Source: Octopus vulgaris
Taxonomy: Eukaryota
Reading direction: 5' to 3'
Assembly (NCBI GenBank): GCA_951406725.2
Contig: OX597816.1
Span: forward strand, 60,574,001 to 60,638,000
Length of the DNA: 64,000 nucleotides
The translations under genes were made by a program, and so were the position numbers. A model generated the notes under the pieces. That model was not told the origin of the DNA, ran no database searches, and worked only from the letters and a program-made list of their open reading frames with translations. Below are positions 13,662 through 28,867 of this stretch, piece by piece (the first letter of the stretch is position 1; the number at the start of each line of letters is the position of its first letter).

Positions 13662-15528
13662 TCAGTTAACCTTATTACAAACAAGACGAGGTGAAATCAC
13701 GTCAGTGGCCAGGCTGCAGTTGGAGAGACCAAAATTGTGACACCAACTGATAAGAGTTTATGTGGAATCAACGGTTTTTATGTGTTTTTGAATGACATAT
13801 ATGTGTCTTCCACGCTGCAATCGTTTTAGTTTCAACGCATGTTCTCAGACCAAGAACATTTCCGAAATTACATTCAGTTTATTGGCGACGATATATACTT
13901 TTCGGTACTCACGGTAATTAATCAACAATATATTGGTTCCCATGGAAAAGGATAATTTCTTGTGAAAAGGTATAAAAGTGTTGAATTGGAAAAAACTGTA
14001 AAGCAGCAAGCAAAATGTATAAAAGTTGTAGTGCGTTAAGTTACATGCAGAAGAAGTAAATGATAAACATGTGAAATGTAAAGAAACTGTAGAATACTAG
14101 ATAAAATATGGAGAAACTTTAGGAGACATGATAAAATGTCGAGAAATTGTAGAGCACAAGACAATGTAGAATAACTATATAGGACAAGCAGACGATATAC
14201 AGTAATTGCAGAGTATCAGACAAATTGTAAAGAAAATGTAGAATAATAGACAAATGAGAGAAAATAAAGGGCTTTAGACAATATGTAGATAAATTGAGCA
14301 TCTGGCAAAATGTTGACAAACTGTTTGGCGCTAGACAAATGACTAGCGGTATTTAGTTTAGTTCTTTTACGCTGTCTAGTTTGACCTATTCAAATGACTG
14401 AAAGAAGTAAAAGAGTAAAAGAGACTCGGAACATGTAAATTTTGCATCACGTCCGCCCAGCTCCAACCGACACACCCACCTTCCTGCTCAAAGTCTTTCT
14501 TCTTTTGTCTCACCCTCCAAATAGCACACCTTCTGTTTGTCTCTTCCTAAACAGAAGTGCAACTCTCTAAAACTCTCTATTTGTTTTTATTGCTTTTGTT
14601 TTGTTGCTTTGTTATATAGTCCCAGGTTTGTCTTAATTAAGCTCTTTCATGATCAAAAGTATTGTATCCGTGTCTGTCTCATAGTTTTATATATCTGGAA
14701 CTACTCTTCCATTTTTTCCCCTGTAAGATGTGGTATGTGGATGAAATGAGAGTTATTTCTAGCAAGTCAAGCGACCACATAGAAACCCTTTCATTGGCTT
14801 GTTTTACTTACAGGCGCCAATGTGCAGAAGTCCAAACTGAATATCAAGTACCTCAATATCATCGATTTGGAAGGGCCTGCAAACATTTTGACGAGCGCCA
14901 CCTATCTTTCACTGACTAAATAATTAAAGAATAAAACTGTTATTCATGCAGAAAACTGCGGACATTTTCACAAAACGAATTATATGTCTAGCATAGATAC
15001 TGTGATCGCCGAAATCTGAAACAAAGCTGAATCGTTATATATTCTAAAAACGTGTAAGATATCTAGAGGGGATAATTATCCATTAGAGAAACAGTAAAAC
15101 GAATATGATTTGCTTTTTGTCTAGCGAGTGTTGTTATATTCCATTTACCATTATTATCAAGTGTTGGCGACTTGCACTCTAATACTAAGCCGAAACGCTT
15201 TTATGACTTCGCATGTCATTTATAATTGGCTATGTCACTAGTTCAAGAATGTCCTTAGGCACTGTACTACAAATACTAATAATACAAATGCTTAGTAGCG
15301 TGCTTTGCTGAAGTGGAACTTTATTTTTGGTTATTAAAAGACAGGAAGTCTTTGTCAGCTATAGCTTGCGGGGGTGGGATTTTACGCCAACTCATAAGTT
15401 GTTCTATTATTTCGTTTGTGTCAGCCAATGCAGTTCTCTCTTTCTATGTATGCGCGCGTGTGTGTGTATGTCCATGTATGTATGTGTGTGTGTGTGTATT
15501 TAGAGAGAGAGGTATATAAATAGATACA

Positions 15529-15630
<102 letters not shown>

Positions 15631-16742
15631 CATACATATATGAGTGTGTAGTTCAAATGTACCAAAGACGAAAGACAAAGACAGATGAGGAAACAACAAA
15701 CTAGTGTATTAGTTTGACGCCCAGGAAAAATGGAATTTATAAATGCAGCGTGGCAAATGACAAACATCAAATAAGAGTATACATAAAAAGCACTATAAGT
15801 TTTAAGAGACGATATAGAACCCATTTAAATTCCTTCAGTAAGCTAAAATATAAAAACTCAACAGCACTAGCTAGATACATAAATGATATAAAGTTACAGA
15901 ACATCAATTACACATTATCTTAGTCTATTATAGATGAGCCCCACCCCGCCCCATACAACACGATTATGGGCAGATGTAGGATGTGCGTAAAAGAATCATG
16001 CACTACCCTCCGCCTGTATAATTCTACCACATGAAATAAGTTTTCCGATGCTATTCATTCATGTAACCACAGATATTACCTTTCATGAGGCTTTTTTTTA
16101 ATCCGAATGTACTCAACAACAGCCTTACTAAGTTACACCACACAACTTAACATCATATTGCATATAGCACGATATTGCCAATACAAATATAAATTTTAAT
16201 AAAGACACTATGTAATGTAACTCTTACTCCCATCAGTCCTCATATAGACTTCCACCATTTGCATAAATATATCTGTTCTTCCATAAAAGCTTCCAGTTAC
16301 CGCATACTTTGGCAACGAGCTGAATGCATTTCTACTGTCAGTGACAGGATGTTGTCTCAGTTTTAGACGCAGCAAATGATTTTAGCTAAATAGAGGCCAT
16401 CGATTGGTTAAAATTCGAAAAATTAAACTACGTTAAACTTACAAATTACAAATTTCTCAAGAAAGCCAAGAGAAAAAAATGTTTTATTTTGACACATTCT
16501 GCCAGTATACGAAGTTTAAAAGTGTTTAGTTAACTAGAAATTGTGTTGAAAACTGCCGTTCAAAAGGAAAAGATCCCAGATAAATAGTTCGAAAGAATGG
16601 CTACAAGAATAAGCTTTGTGTCGAAACCCTTCGACGTTGGTACCTCAACAATAACAGAAACCAATAAAAAAAAGTAGCAGGACATACGTATACATACACA
16701 AATATATTCATACGTAAATATATTCAAATATACGCATGTATG

Positions 16743-16793
<51 letters not shown>

Positions 16794-18934
16794 GCATTTA
16801 AGTACATAGATATACATACACGTGATCATACCTAAACATACTCGAATACATACAAATAAAACATGCGTATTCGCTCAGTACATACATATAGTCAATCATT
16901 GACACACATATAATACAATTTTCTTCTCTGATTATCTACAGAACGTTTTTCAGCCGTGTTCTTTTTCCTTTGTTCGCCATTATTGGATTTCTGCGCAGCG
17001 TTTTACGGTGTAGCCTTATCATCTCTTAGCTGAATCTAAATCTTGCAGAACAAATTAGAAGAAACCAAGGCAAATAATTATACCAATTTGAGCCGTCGTT
17101 ATAACAGAGCGGACTTCTTTCACTGACATTGCTCACTGTCGTTGTGTTCGTGTCCCCACCACAACCCCCATCTCTACAATGCAGCAGTGGTGTGGAGAAA
17201 GTGTATGGACACAAGTCTTGTGGGAATGTTTCTAGCAATGTTTTTCAGACCCTTGGCTACAAAGTAAGTCTCAACTCAGCCTTTTAAGTAACTGAGCAGT
17301 CACTGGAATTAATAGAAAAGGTAAGCGCATAACAATATTAATATTTTGTGATATTTACTTACGACGCTCTGTTTTTAGTTCATATCTGGCCTACGTAATC
17401 TATGACTTTCTTACTTCAAGGTCGAAAAAGAAGTACCAGTTAAAACAGCGGCTCCCAAAGTGGACGGTAGTGCCCCCTTGGGAGCGGTGGAAAAATCCAG
17501 GCGGGGAGGCATTAAAGGAAAGCCGAGCGATAATGGGGTGCCAAAGAGGGTGATGAATTTAAAAACCCAAAATAATGGGTTAATTAGGTTAAGTATTATT
17601 TGTGAAATACAGTTGTTTTGAATTTGATACAGAAAGTAGTCTACGTTTGTGGTAGGGAAGGCACTAGGAACGTGACGTGGATGTCAAGGAAGCAGTAGAA
17701 CCATTGGGTTAAACAGATGAACCTCGCAGTACGAGTGCGCCATTGTACGAATAATTTGCTGTACGAGTAATTGGCTCGTGCGAATTTTTGTCTTGTACGA
17801 GTGGAAATCTGCAGTACAAGCGATGTGTGTGTGTGCCTGCGTGTGCACGTGTGCACGTATTTATACATATATGGACGCATGGCCGAACGATTCAAGAGTT
17901 CGTTTCGCAATCTCCAAGTCCCAGGTTCGATCTCACTGTATAGCATCTTGGTCAAGTGTGGTTTACCATATCCGGCGGGGGTGCTAGTAGACAATTCAAG
18001 CCTTGTGAGCAAAATTAGCTATATAGAAACTGTATGGAAGCTTCTTAGATAGTTTATATTTGTAATTTCAAACTATATGTCATACTATCACACTGATTTT
18101 GCCTGAAGTTTAAGAGTACAAGTGTCTGTGGATACTCAGCCACTTACGTGCTAATTCAATGGGCAGAGAAAACTGTTGTCCGATCAACTAAATATTTATC
18201 GTCGAAACCGACGTGGAACCATTTACTTTACTTTTACTATGCATATATGCACGTCAGTATGTGTACTTTGTATGTATGTCTCTCTCTGTTACTGTGTCTG
18301 TGTGTCTGTCTATGTTTGACTGGTGGTGCTCCAGCATGGCCGCAGTCTAATGACTAAAACAAGTAAAAGAGTATGCTTGTGTATATGTGTGTCTATGTAA
18401 TTATATATACTGGTCTATGTGTACTTGCGTTTCTCTATGTGTTTCTATGTTATGTATCATTTATTCCACACTGCACTTCCAGATATTTTAGTTGCTTATA
18501 ATAATTTGATATCAACTTGGCAGGCTTTAGCGCTCATCACCAAGTTATTTTCGATGGTGGTTTTATAAATAAAGGAATCTTCCTTGTTTTAGTCTCAAAG
18601 TTCCGGGTGATTTTTCGTACTGAACATGTATGATCAAGCCAAAACTCCGTTACACCGTTATCGCAGAGTACATTACGTCACTGAAAAATGCATGTTTTCA
18701 ACCCACGTCTTCTAAAGGATGAAGTCGTTCTCCAACGATGAAATAAAACAGCGATTATCATATGCACTTCACTTGTTAGAAATAGCTATCGAATTCTATC
18801 AGATACATCCAACTTGCTTCATAAAAAGATTGCTCTAGAAAATGTAGTGTCTGATAGAGGGCGGCACTGTTATACTGGAAAAGGTATAGATACATATATA
18901 TGCATACCTATATACATACATGTGTGTGTATGTT

Positions 18935-18991
<57 letters not shown>

Positions 18992-19199
18992 GCGTGTGTG
19001 TGCGCACGTGTGTGAAGATTGGAGTAGCTGGTATTAAATTTATTCCATGGCTTACAATTGTTTCAACAACTTCTGGGTGACAAATCAGACATCCTGTTTG
19101 TACATGAGAGTACTGTAGCCATATCCATTATGTGATATATATTACAAAACAACCTCCACTACCATTCCTCCATCTAGCAAGTATTATAATACCCCAGGA

Positions 19200-19522
19200 C
19201 TTATTCTTTGTAAGCCTAGTACTTATTCTATCGGTCTCTTTTGCCGAACTGCTAAGTTACGGGGACGTAAACACACCACCATCGGTTGTCATGCGATGTT
19301 GTGGGGACAAACACAGACACACAAACAATATACACACACATACATATATACATATATACGACGGTCTTCTTTCAGTTTCCGTCTAACAAATCCACTCACA
19401 AGGCTTTGGTCGGCACGAGGTTATAGTAGAAGACACTTGCCCAAGTTGCCACGCAGTAGGAATGAACCCGGAACCATGTGGTTGGTAAACAAGCTACTTA
19501 CCACACAGCCACTCCTATGCCC
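19200..19522 (-). mobile_element. SINE copy
   Basis: Reverse complement of the 5487-5855 family. Confidence 0.75.
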
Positions 19523-19543
19523 CTCTCTAAACATATATATATA

Positions 19544-19928
19544 CTAGCAGTATCGCCCGGCGTTGCTCAGGTTTGTAAGGGAAATAACTATAAAGCATTT
19601 GTAGAGAGTTATAGCCAAAAAATAGCAAAAAAATGGAAAAAAATGATGGTAAATTTTTTTTTGAGATTTAAAAAAGGTTGAGTTGCGTCCCCTAGACAGT
19701 TTGTGGTTCGTGTTTCTGATTCTCGACCCCATGTCGAATTTATCGATTTTTTTCAGAACTGGGGGAACTTTTCAAAATTTTTGCTGCGTTAGTTTTGAAT
19801 TATGACATTGGGCTATGTGTGTGTCAAGTTTCATCAGAATCGGTTGAAAGCCGTGGTCAGGGTGAGGGTACAAGCAAACAGACACACAGAAACACGCACA
19901 GACAAACTGCCGTTTATATAGAGAGAGA
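19544..19928 (-). mobile_element. Non-autonomous Helitron
   Basis: Minus strand starts TC(TCTCTCTATATAAA) and ends with hairpin CCTGAGCAACGCCGGG, then CTAG. The site is A|T. Confidence 0.75.
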
Positions 19929-19957
19929 TATAGAAATAGATAAAGAGACAGACAGTC

Positions 19958-19989
<32 letters not shown>

Positions 19990-20252
19990 GGACGGACGGA
20001 CGGACGGACGGACGGACGGATGGATGGATGGATGGATGGATGGATGGATGGATGGATGGATGTGTGTGTATGTGTGTGTGTGCCTTTTATTTTTTACTTG
20101 TTTCAGTCGTATGGCCATGCTACAACACCGACTTGAAATGGTTTTAATCAAAGAACTTGACACCAGTGCTTATTTATAACGCCTGGTACTTAAGTATATA
20201 GAAATATATAGATGTATCGAGAGATAGGGAGGGAGGGAGGGAGGGAGGAAGA

Positions 20253-20299
<47 letters not shown>

Positions 20300-21453
20300 T
20301 TAAAGGGAAAGCGAGAAAGAGAGAGAAAACCTTTGTTGGTCAATATTTACCATGCACCTGAAAAACATTTTTATGCGGAAGACAGGCGTGGAAATAACCT
20401 GTTTATGCAAGTCGCTCATGCATGCAGGCCTTCTCTCTCAACACAATTGATGTTTATCCAGAAGATGTCTATCCACCAGTGTTGTTGTAGACGTTGCCAT
20501 CACAACGAAATGAACCGTCCGATAGTTCCACTGATCAATCACTCTGGATTCATGCTTTTTTATCGACCGTGAAAGTTAACAATGATATAAAAGTAACTAT
20601 GATACAAAAACATGACACGGTGAGGTTATTACAATTTACATAGGAAGCAATAAAAAATTATTATAATGGACTCTCATCAATTTTGACTTATTTCTATGCC
20701 AGTTGTTCGATTAAGAAATGCATGGCCTCGAGCTTTAAGGTTTGGCCTCGTGGTCATAAGGTTATAGGTTCTATTCCTGAGCTGAGCAGTATGTTGTGCT
20801 CTTGAGAATGCCTCTTCGCCTCATTTCTCCCTCTAGCTGCCACATCTTCGATGTTACGTTGTTACTAGGTTGGAAAGGTCGAGAGTATAGCCATGTCTTC
20901 TCGTGATTATCTGGATGTCTTAACAATTAACGAAAACAGGATACTTTCTACTAAATCATATTCACTTGAGAATCACGGCTATGCTTCTTTTTCGATTGAT
21001 AGGACTGCCCAACACTATAATGTTATGAACTAAATATGTTTTAATGATACTGATTGACTTGATACACATGTAGGAAATACGACCGTATGTGGAGGTTGGT
21101 GACATAGGTAAGTTACACGGTCGCAACCCTAACGAAATAAGATAAGCCATATATACAATTTATACAATGCAATGCCAACAGAATACAGATGAATTGACGA
21201 CAAGCCGTTCCACTGTTTGAGAGAAGATAATATTTTATTTACAATGGTGTCAAGGTTAGAAGGTTGTGAGTGCTAGCAAGTGTTGTGTATGTGTGCGTGC
21301 AACACGTGTTTGTGTCTGTGTGTTCGTGTGTGTGACAGATACAATAAGGGTGAATGCGTGTGACATAGAAGGTACAGAGCATAGAGTTAATATGATGGAA
21401 ATTGGTTTACAGTCCATGAGGTACACGAAATGTAAGAGTTCAATATCAAGATG

Positions 21454-22064
21454 TGTCTCGGGCGGAGACCGGTTGGGCGAATTATTGTCGAGCCGCGGTC
21501 GTGGTCTCAATCGCTGAGCTGGTTCTCTTAATATAGAATTCTTCAGATGGACTGTTTCTACTTGGTGAAGGGATTCACTCTAACAGCGTGGATCTGTGAA
21601 GTTGGTGTGTACATGTCTGAAGTGGACGATGGTGATGGCGACAATGGTAGAGACGACTTGAAGTTGGTACAATGATGGTGACGACGGCGGCGGAGATAGA
21701 AGGCTTTCTGTTGCGGGTGTACATTAGCGTCGTCGTAGCTGATCGTCTGTCGCTGTGACTGGAACATGTTGAGTAGCTCTGTGGCCAGAGGTTAGCCCTT
21801 AGAAGGACTAGAACCAAAGACCCAAGTATACTGAGAACACTCCCTTATATACAAGTAAGGTGGCTCAACAGAGCCTAGGAAAAGGGACCTTAACCAAAGG
21901 CCGTGATTGGTTGGCTTTAGCCAGTGGCACGAAATAAGTTGAGACAAATCGCGCCGCATGTCAACCAATCAGGTCAGTAGTTACAACAGGAACAACTAGG
22001 CCAAAGATGGCTGTAAACTCAAACGAGATCATCTCAAACAGTGAGGATATCAGAGACCGCTACA
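21454..22064 (-). mobile_element. Possible solo LTR
   Basis: GC-richer block with TG...CA ends, CCAAT/ATTGG boxes at about 21906 and 21965, and TATATAAG on the minus strand at about 21844-21851. No convincing TSD. Confidence 0.35.
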
Positions 22065-22791
22065 GAGCCCCACGCCCACAAACATATTCATCTTTAATAT
22101 GTGTTCTATACAAGCAATTCGTAGCATTTGCTTACGTTTGTATTTAGTGTACTTATAACCCATGTAAATAAATCCCTTTTTAATCATGAAACAGTTTATG
22201 TATTTATTTACGTACACACACATCCACTACACACACTTTACCCAGCAGTTCATCAATGAGTTTCTTGAATACAAAACGGTGTTTGTGTAATACGCAATAA
22301 ACAAATTCACATACTGAAATCCTTCAATATGGCAGAAAATCCCAGGGAGCCGTTGATAGTCTGTGTGCAATAATAATCCAGAGATGAAAATTGCTTTTCT
22401 TAAAATAATCCTCCAAGTCTATAATCATTCTAGTTTCTTTCATTTCTTTAAATGCTAGTAATTTGATCCCATAACCAATCGCATATTGTTGTCCCTTCAT
22501 AGCTTTATTGAAATGTTGTATGATACTTTCAGTACTCCATTACCCACAGTTTTTTTTTCCTTCGGTGCCTTAATAATTATAAAGAGCCTTATTTCTCTAA
22601 TCTCTTTCAAGGTGAAGTTTCATCACTGCAGGTTTGTTCTTTTATCGCCGCAGACTTCACGACACCACTACTAAAAAGTAGAGTCACATTGTAGACACAA
22701 AAGCGTTGTTTTATTAGCAAATGAAACTATGAATTCAAATTCCAAACATTCATGTGATTATTGTATGCTATGGGCTCTTTATATAGTAATT

Positions 22792-23076
22792 CGGTGGTTC
22801 TCAACCATATTTTATTTATGGGCCTCTTTGATTGTTATTTCATTCTGGTGGACCCCATAACCATTCAATTTTCAAGAACTAGTTTTATAGACGCTCTTCT
22901 AAATTCTTATTTTGTTGTAAAACGTTAGTGAAAGAAACCCAGCTGTTTTTGCGATAAATACTTCTAAAGCAAAACTTTTTACGTGGGCCGTTGAAATACT
23001 ACTGTGAATCCCCAGTTTGCTATTTTGCTTGCGTGGATCCCCAAGGGTCATATGGACCCTGGTTGACAACCATTGT
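22792..23076. mobile_element. hAT-type MITE
   Basis: Degenerate TIRs CGGTGGTTCTCAACC / GGTTGACAACCATTG. Internal similarity to 5300-5895. Confidence 0.6.
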
Positions 23077-23104
23077 AGTAACAGCATAGCTATAGATTCC
23101 CTGA

Positions 23105-23306
23105 CAACGTATAGAAAGTGGTAGAGGCCTTATACAGCTGGAAAACTATTATAAAATAACCACCGTAGGACTGCAAAAATATCTACTTCAGAAGCAAGGA
23201 AAACTGATACAAATAGCGGCAAATCACGTGCAAAACAAAAAACTGTTCTCAGTATTTAAGGAAGCTGACAAATACAAACAAGAAATCATACTGCCTAACA
23301 AATATA

Positions 23307-23337
<31 letters not shown>

Positions 23338-24459
23338 AAAGAAGGAGGAGGAGGAGGAGGAGGAGGAGAAGAAGAAGAAGAAGAAGAAGAAGGAGGAGGA
23401 GGAGGAGGAGGAGAAGAAGAAGAAGAAGAAGAAGAAGAAGAAGAAGGAGGAGGAGGAGGAGGAGAAGAAGAAGAAGGAGGAGGAGGAGGAGGAGAAGAAG
23501 AAGAAGAAGAAGAAGAAGAAGAAGAAGAAGAAGAAGAAGAAGAAGAAGAAGAAGAAGAAGAAGAAGAAGAAGAAGAAGAAACAAAAGCTATAAAACAAAT
23601 GAAATCCAAACTAAAACTAGAACAGCAACGGACCATGATAAAACGATGGCAAGAAAAGCCCCTTCATGGTAAATACTGGACTAAACTAAATGCAAAAGAA
23701 ATAGACAGAGAAAAATCCCAGCAATGGTTGAGAAGCTCAGGACTCAAAGTAGAGACGGGGGGATTTTTAATTGCAGCACAAGACCAAAGCCTCCCCACCA
23801 GAAATTACCAAAGACATGTAATGAAAAAAAATATAACAAGTAGCTGCAGAATATGTGGAGATGGACAAGAAACAGTAAATCATATTATCTCTGGCTACCC
23901 AGTCCTGGCTAAGAATGAATGTATTCACAGACGCGACAGAGTTGGGAGCTACATACACTGGAAGCTATGCCAACATTATGGTCACAGAAAACGAGAAAGC
24001 AACCATACTTTGGGATATGCCAATACACACAGATAGAGAAATTAAGGCCAATAGGCCAGATATAGTTGTCAGAGATCATGAAGAAAAAATGTTTTCTAAT
24101 TGATGTATCAATGCCAGCAAATGACAACGTGTCTCTAAAAGAAATGGAGAAACTTTCAAAATACAAAGACCTGGAAATAGAGGTAACTCGAATGTGGAAT
24201 CTAAAATTAGAAACAATTCCTATCATAGTAGGCGCATTAGGTATGATAAAAAATATTCAGACAAATACATAACAAAAACACCAGGACTTACAAACACATA
24301 TAACACAGAAAATTGCAATACTGGGCACTGCACACATCCTACGCAAAACACTTTCAATGCAGTAACCATCAGAGCATTACAACAAATCACAGCACATACC
24401 CAAGGCACACAGAGCTGCGCTCGGTAGTGAAGTGAAAGCACGCTATAAAAATAAAACTG

Positions 24460-24462
<3 letters not shown>
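23105..24462 (+). mobile_element. 5'-truncated R4/Dong-like non-LTR retrotransposon (REL endonuclease)
   Basis: WQEKPLHGKY, LIAAQDQSL, CRICG..ETVNHI, ANRPDIVV, LIDVS and KLSKY motifs with frameshifts. The 3' end runs directly into (AAT)n. Confidence 0.88.
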
Positions 24463-24545
<83 letters not shown>

Positions 24546-24775
24546 TAATAATAATAATAATAATGACCTCTTCACCAATCACTGCCCCAAACAATGGTAG
24601 TAGTGGTGGTGATGGTGATAATGATAAAAACAAAAATAACAATAATAAGATACTGCTGTGACTACACAAAACAATATCACTGATGATGATGGTGCTGATG
24701 GTGATGATGATAATAATGATAGTAATAGTGCTGATAATCTATCTATATAAATCAGTATACCTAATCGCTTGTCCT

Positions 24776-27700
24776 ATGGTTAATCTGGAAGCGCGTCTCC
24801 CAGGGAAGAGCCAGCCTGGGATCGAAAAGCCATCAACTGGCACAAACTCTTCTCCGAATACGGACATGGATGGTCACTTGAACGGGAAATTCCCCAACTC
24901 GAGCCCTCCAAGTTCACCACCACAACCACCACAGAAAGAAAAATGTAAGCGGAACAAATGGACCCGAGAAGAGTATAAAGAAGTAATATACGCTTATTAC
25001 TATGCATTAGGTAGGCCATCTCAAGAGAGACACACCGCAAACTCTTACAGTATATGGAGAACACGGAATCAAGACAGTAAGCCCTATTTGGACGAGAACA
25101 AATTGGCAAATGTGAGGAGGGATATCCTTAGAAATAACAGACTCACAGACAGTGAAATAAGCACGATCATGCACGCAACGGAAAATGACATAAATATAAG
25201 ACACAAAGGAAATGAAGAATCAGATGAACAGTATAGCCCGCCACGAGGCTTAATTGACCATCTGACCAAAGTACGCAAAGGCCTGAAGATACAAGAAATT
25301 CTATTGAACCTGTTAAAGATAGCCAGGAAAATGATAAAACAACATTTGCTGAAGAACACAGAGAGTCTATGGCAGAAATGAGGCAGAAAATCCTGAATAC
25401 GCTTGAAGTTGTAAGACATACAAGTATGAATGATAGAGAACCACTTCATAAACTCTCAAATACAAACCAAAATAAAAAACAAATCAAAATTGGCAACTAT
25501 GTAACAAATGAAATAATACAAGAACTAAAACCTGATTTTACTGAGTTAAATGAAATTATTTACGCTTCTGCTAGGGCAATTGAAACCAGCTGTATGCGCC
25601 CGAAAAAACAAAGAAAACCAAACCTGGGAAGAAATCAAACCCGGAGAAGTAAAATTGAAAAAGAGATTGAATTTATGAGAGGGGAAATATCAATATTAAA
25701 TGAACTAATATGTAGAAATGATGTAAGATCCAGAACAGGAAGAAAGATGAAGAGAAAATGTGGATCCTCACCAAGAGAAGAACTGATATCAATAAAAGAA
25801 ACGCTGAAACAAAAAGTCCAAGCAAAAGCCCAAAGAATACGAAGATTTGAGAAGAGAAACAAGTTTTACAAGCAAAATAAGCTGTTCACATCCAATGCCA
25901 AAAAATTCTACAGAGAAATAGGGAAGGAGAAAGTAACTGTTAAAGACCCCCCTCCCATGGAAGAAGTTCAAAACTTTTGGAAAAGGATTTGGAGTGACAA
26001 GAAGACGTACAACATAAATACAGACTGGATTATACAAACAGAAGGATCCTACCAAAATTTACAACAACAAGCATGGGAAGACATCACAATAGCAGACCTA
26101 AGAAAGGCACTCACGAAGGCCCATAATTGGAAATCCCCCGGTAAAGATAGGGTGCCGAATTTCTGGCTCGCATCGCTCCCATGCGCACACGGTAAGCTAG
26201 TTCAGCTGCTCAATGGAATTATGAGAGACCCAAAGAAAACACCTGAATGGTTAGCAAGTGATATTACTTACCTACTCCCAAATAATAACGAAACCAACCT
26301 TCCAAAAAAACTATCGGCCTATAACCTGTCTATCCACCACGTATAAAATCCTAACATCTATCCTGGCGGAGAAAACATAAGCATTCATGGAGAAGAACGA
26401 TATTTTCCCCATTGAACAAAAAGGGTGCCGCCGAGGCTCATACGGATGCAAAGATCAACTGCTAATTAATCGTATGATCCTTGAGAACTGTCACAACAAG
26501 CGCAGAAATCTCAGCTCCGCATGGATTGACTATAAAAAGGCCTTCGACAGTATACCGCATCCATGGATCTTGGGATCGCTGGACATCTTCAAAATTTTCC
26601 CTGTGATTTCAAGCTTCCTGAAGCACAATATGTCGTTGTGAAATACGAATCTCCAATTATACCACTCTAATGGAGTACTTGCCTCAGAGAATATAAACAT
26701 CAACTGTGGAATTTTTCAAGGTGACTCACTTTCACCTTTAATATTCTGCATAGCCCTAATACCCCTTACAAGTGAATTAAACAGAACAGGGTATGGGTAT
26801 AAAATTGCCAATAAAAAAATAAGCCATCTATTTTATATGGATGACTTAAAACTCTATGGTAAAGACGATAATGAACTTGAAGGCCTATTGTGCACTGTGA
26901 AAGCATTCAGCGATGACATCGGGATGGAATTTGGGCTTGAGAAGTGTGCCAAGGCCACTTTCCAGAAAGGGAAAGTGAAGACCACAAATTCAGTCGTGTT
27001 AGATGGTGACAGTCATTAGAGAGCTTGAGCAAGAACAAACATACAAATATTTAGGGATAAATGAAGGCTCTGGTATTCGGCATGCAAGCATGAAAGAGAA
27101 GATCAGGAAGGAATGTTATAGGAGAGTTCGTGCAGTCCTGAAATCTGAACTAAATGCACGTAACAAGGTGTTAGCTATAAATTCCTTAGCAGTTCCAGTT
27201 GTTACTTATAGCTACAATGTGTTGAATTGGAATATGAGTGAAGTAAAGAAAATAGATAGGAAAATACGCAAGCTGCTGAGTTGTAATAGGATGCACCACC
27301 CAAAGGCAGACGTAGATCGCCTTTACCTCCCCAGAGCCCAAGGAGGTCGAGGCCTGATCCAATTTGAACTAGCTTACAAAACAACCACAATTGGACTGGC
27401 CAAATATCTTGAAATAACGAATGACTGGATGTTAAAGCTCGTGGAAAATCACGAGAGACGAAAGAAGCTTCATTCTATCATAAAGGAAAGCAAAAAATTT
27501 GCTATTGATCTCGTGCAGGATACCCAAACTGAACAACCCGAGGGAAGTACGGCAACTATTGTTGCAAAGAAGGTGAAAATAATGGCAACGAAAAAAGCGC
27601 ACGAGCAATTGGCTGATAGGTGGGAGGAGAAACCTCTGCACGGCAAATATGTGGCCCGTAGCAAACAAGCTGATGTTGACCAGAAGCAAACCCATCAGTG

Positions 27701-28505
27701 GCTACGGAGCTCAAGGCTAAAAGCAGAGAGCGAAGGTTTCATCCTGGCTGCTCAAGATCAAAGCCTATTAACCCGGAACTACCAGGCCAATGTGATGAAA
27801 AATGGAGCAGACCCAAAATGCCGATTCTGCAACGACATGATTGAAACAGTGGACCACCTAATCTCTGGATGTAAAGTCTTAGCACCAGTGGAGTATAAAA
27901 TAAGTCGGCATTACAATATCAAAACTGCCGACAAGTGGTATAATCACCACCCTGAAGCTGTAACTGAAGGAGAAAATGTAACGATTCTGTGGGACTTTCC
28001 AGTACATACAGACCGAACCATCAAAGCCAATAAACCGGATATTGTTGTGAAAGACCAAAACAATAAAGTTTGCTTATTGATCGACATGAGCATCTCCTGT
28101 GATCATAATATCTCGGCGAAAGAGTTTGACAAGCCCAGAAAATATAAAGACCTGCTCATTGAAATTGAGAAAATGTGGCATCTCAAGGCGGTTACAATAC
28201 TAGTGATCGTAGGAGCACTAGGAATGACCAAGAAGGGAACCGAAAATTATATGAAAATGATCCCTGGCTTACCATCCCTGCAAGAAGTGCAAAAGATTGT
28301 CTTAACTGGTACATCACACGTATTGAGAAGAACATTGTCGATGTGAGAACTATTACTACCCATGTATTTGAATTTAACTTTAAAAAAAATGAACGAACTA
28401 GTGAGTTTAGTTTAATGGCGAACCAATGTATACTATGAGTTTCTTTACCCTAGGAGTCGGGAAGGCACTCGGCAAGGAATGGAAGCAAATTTGAAAGAAG
28501 AAGAA
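24776..28505 (+). mobile_element. Near full-length, disabled R4/Dong-like LINE (RT + CCHC + REL)
   Basis: KSPGKD, EQKGC, WIDYKKAFDS, GIFQGDSLSP, FYMDDLKLY, CRFC..ETVDHLISGC and KPDIVV motifs. Several frameshifts and stops, plus an apparent deletion of the RH(D/N) segment near 27897. Confidence 0.92.
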
Positions 28506-28581
28506 AAAAGATAACAATAATGATAATGATAATGATGATGATGATGATGATGATGATGATAATGATAATGATAATGATAAT

Positions 28582-28719
<138 letters not shown>

Positions 28720-28746
28720 CATGATGATGATGATGATGATGATGAT

Positions 28747-28805
<59 letters not shown>

Positions 28806-28811
28806 GTGATT

Positions 28812-28861
<50 letters not shown>

Positions 28862-28867
28862 AATAAT

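Noticed and set aside
13980-14330. Regularly recurring AAATGTAGA-like motifs (CRISPR-like spacing)
   Set aside because: This is a degenerate minisatellite in eukaryotic DNA with no identical repeats, unique spacers or cas genes.
17047-17325. Splice-like signals (AAA|GTAAGT, AAG|GTAAGC) suggesting another gene
   Set aside because: No open frame or recognisable peptide lies between the candidate acceptor and donors.
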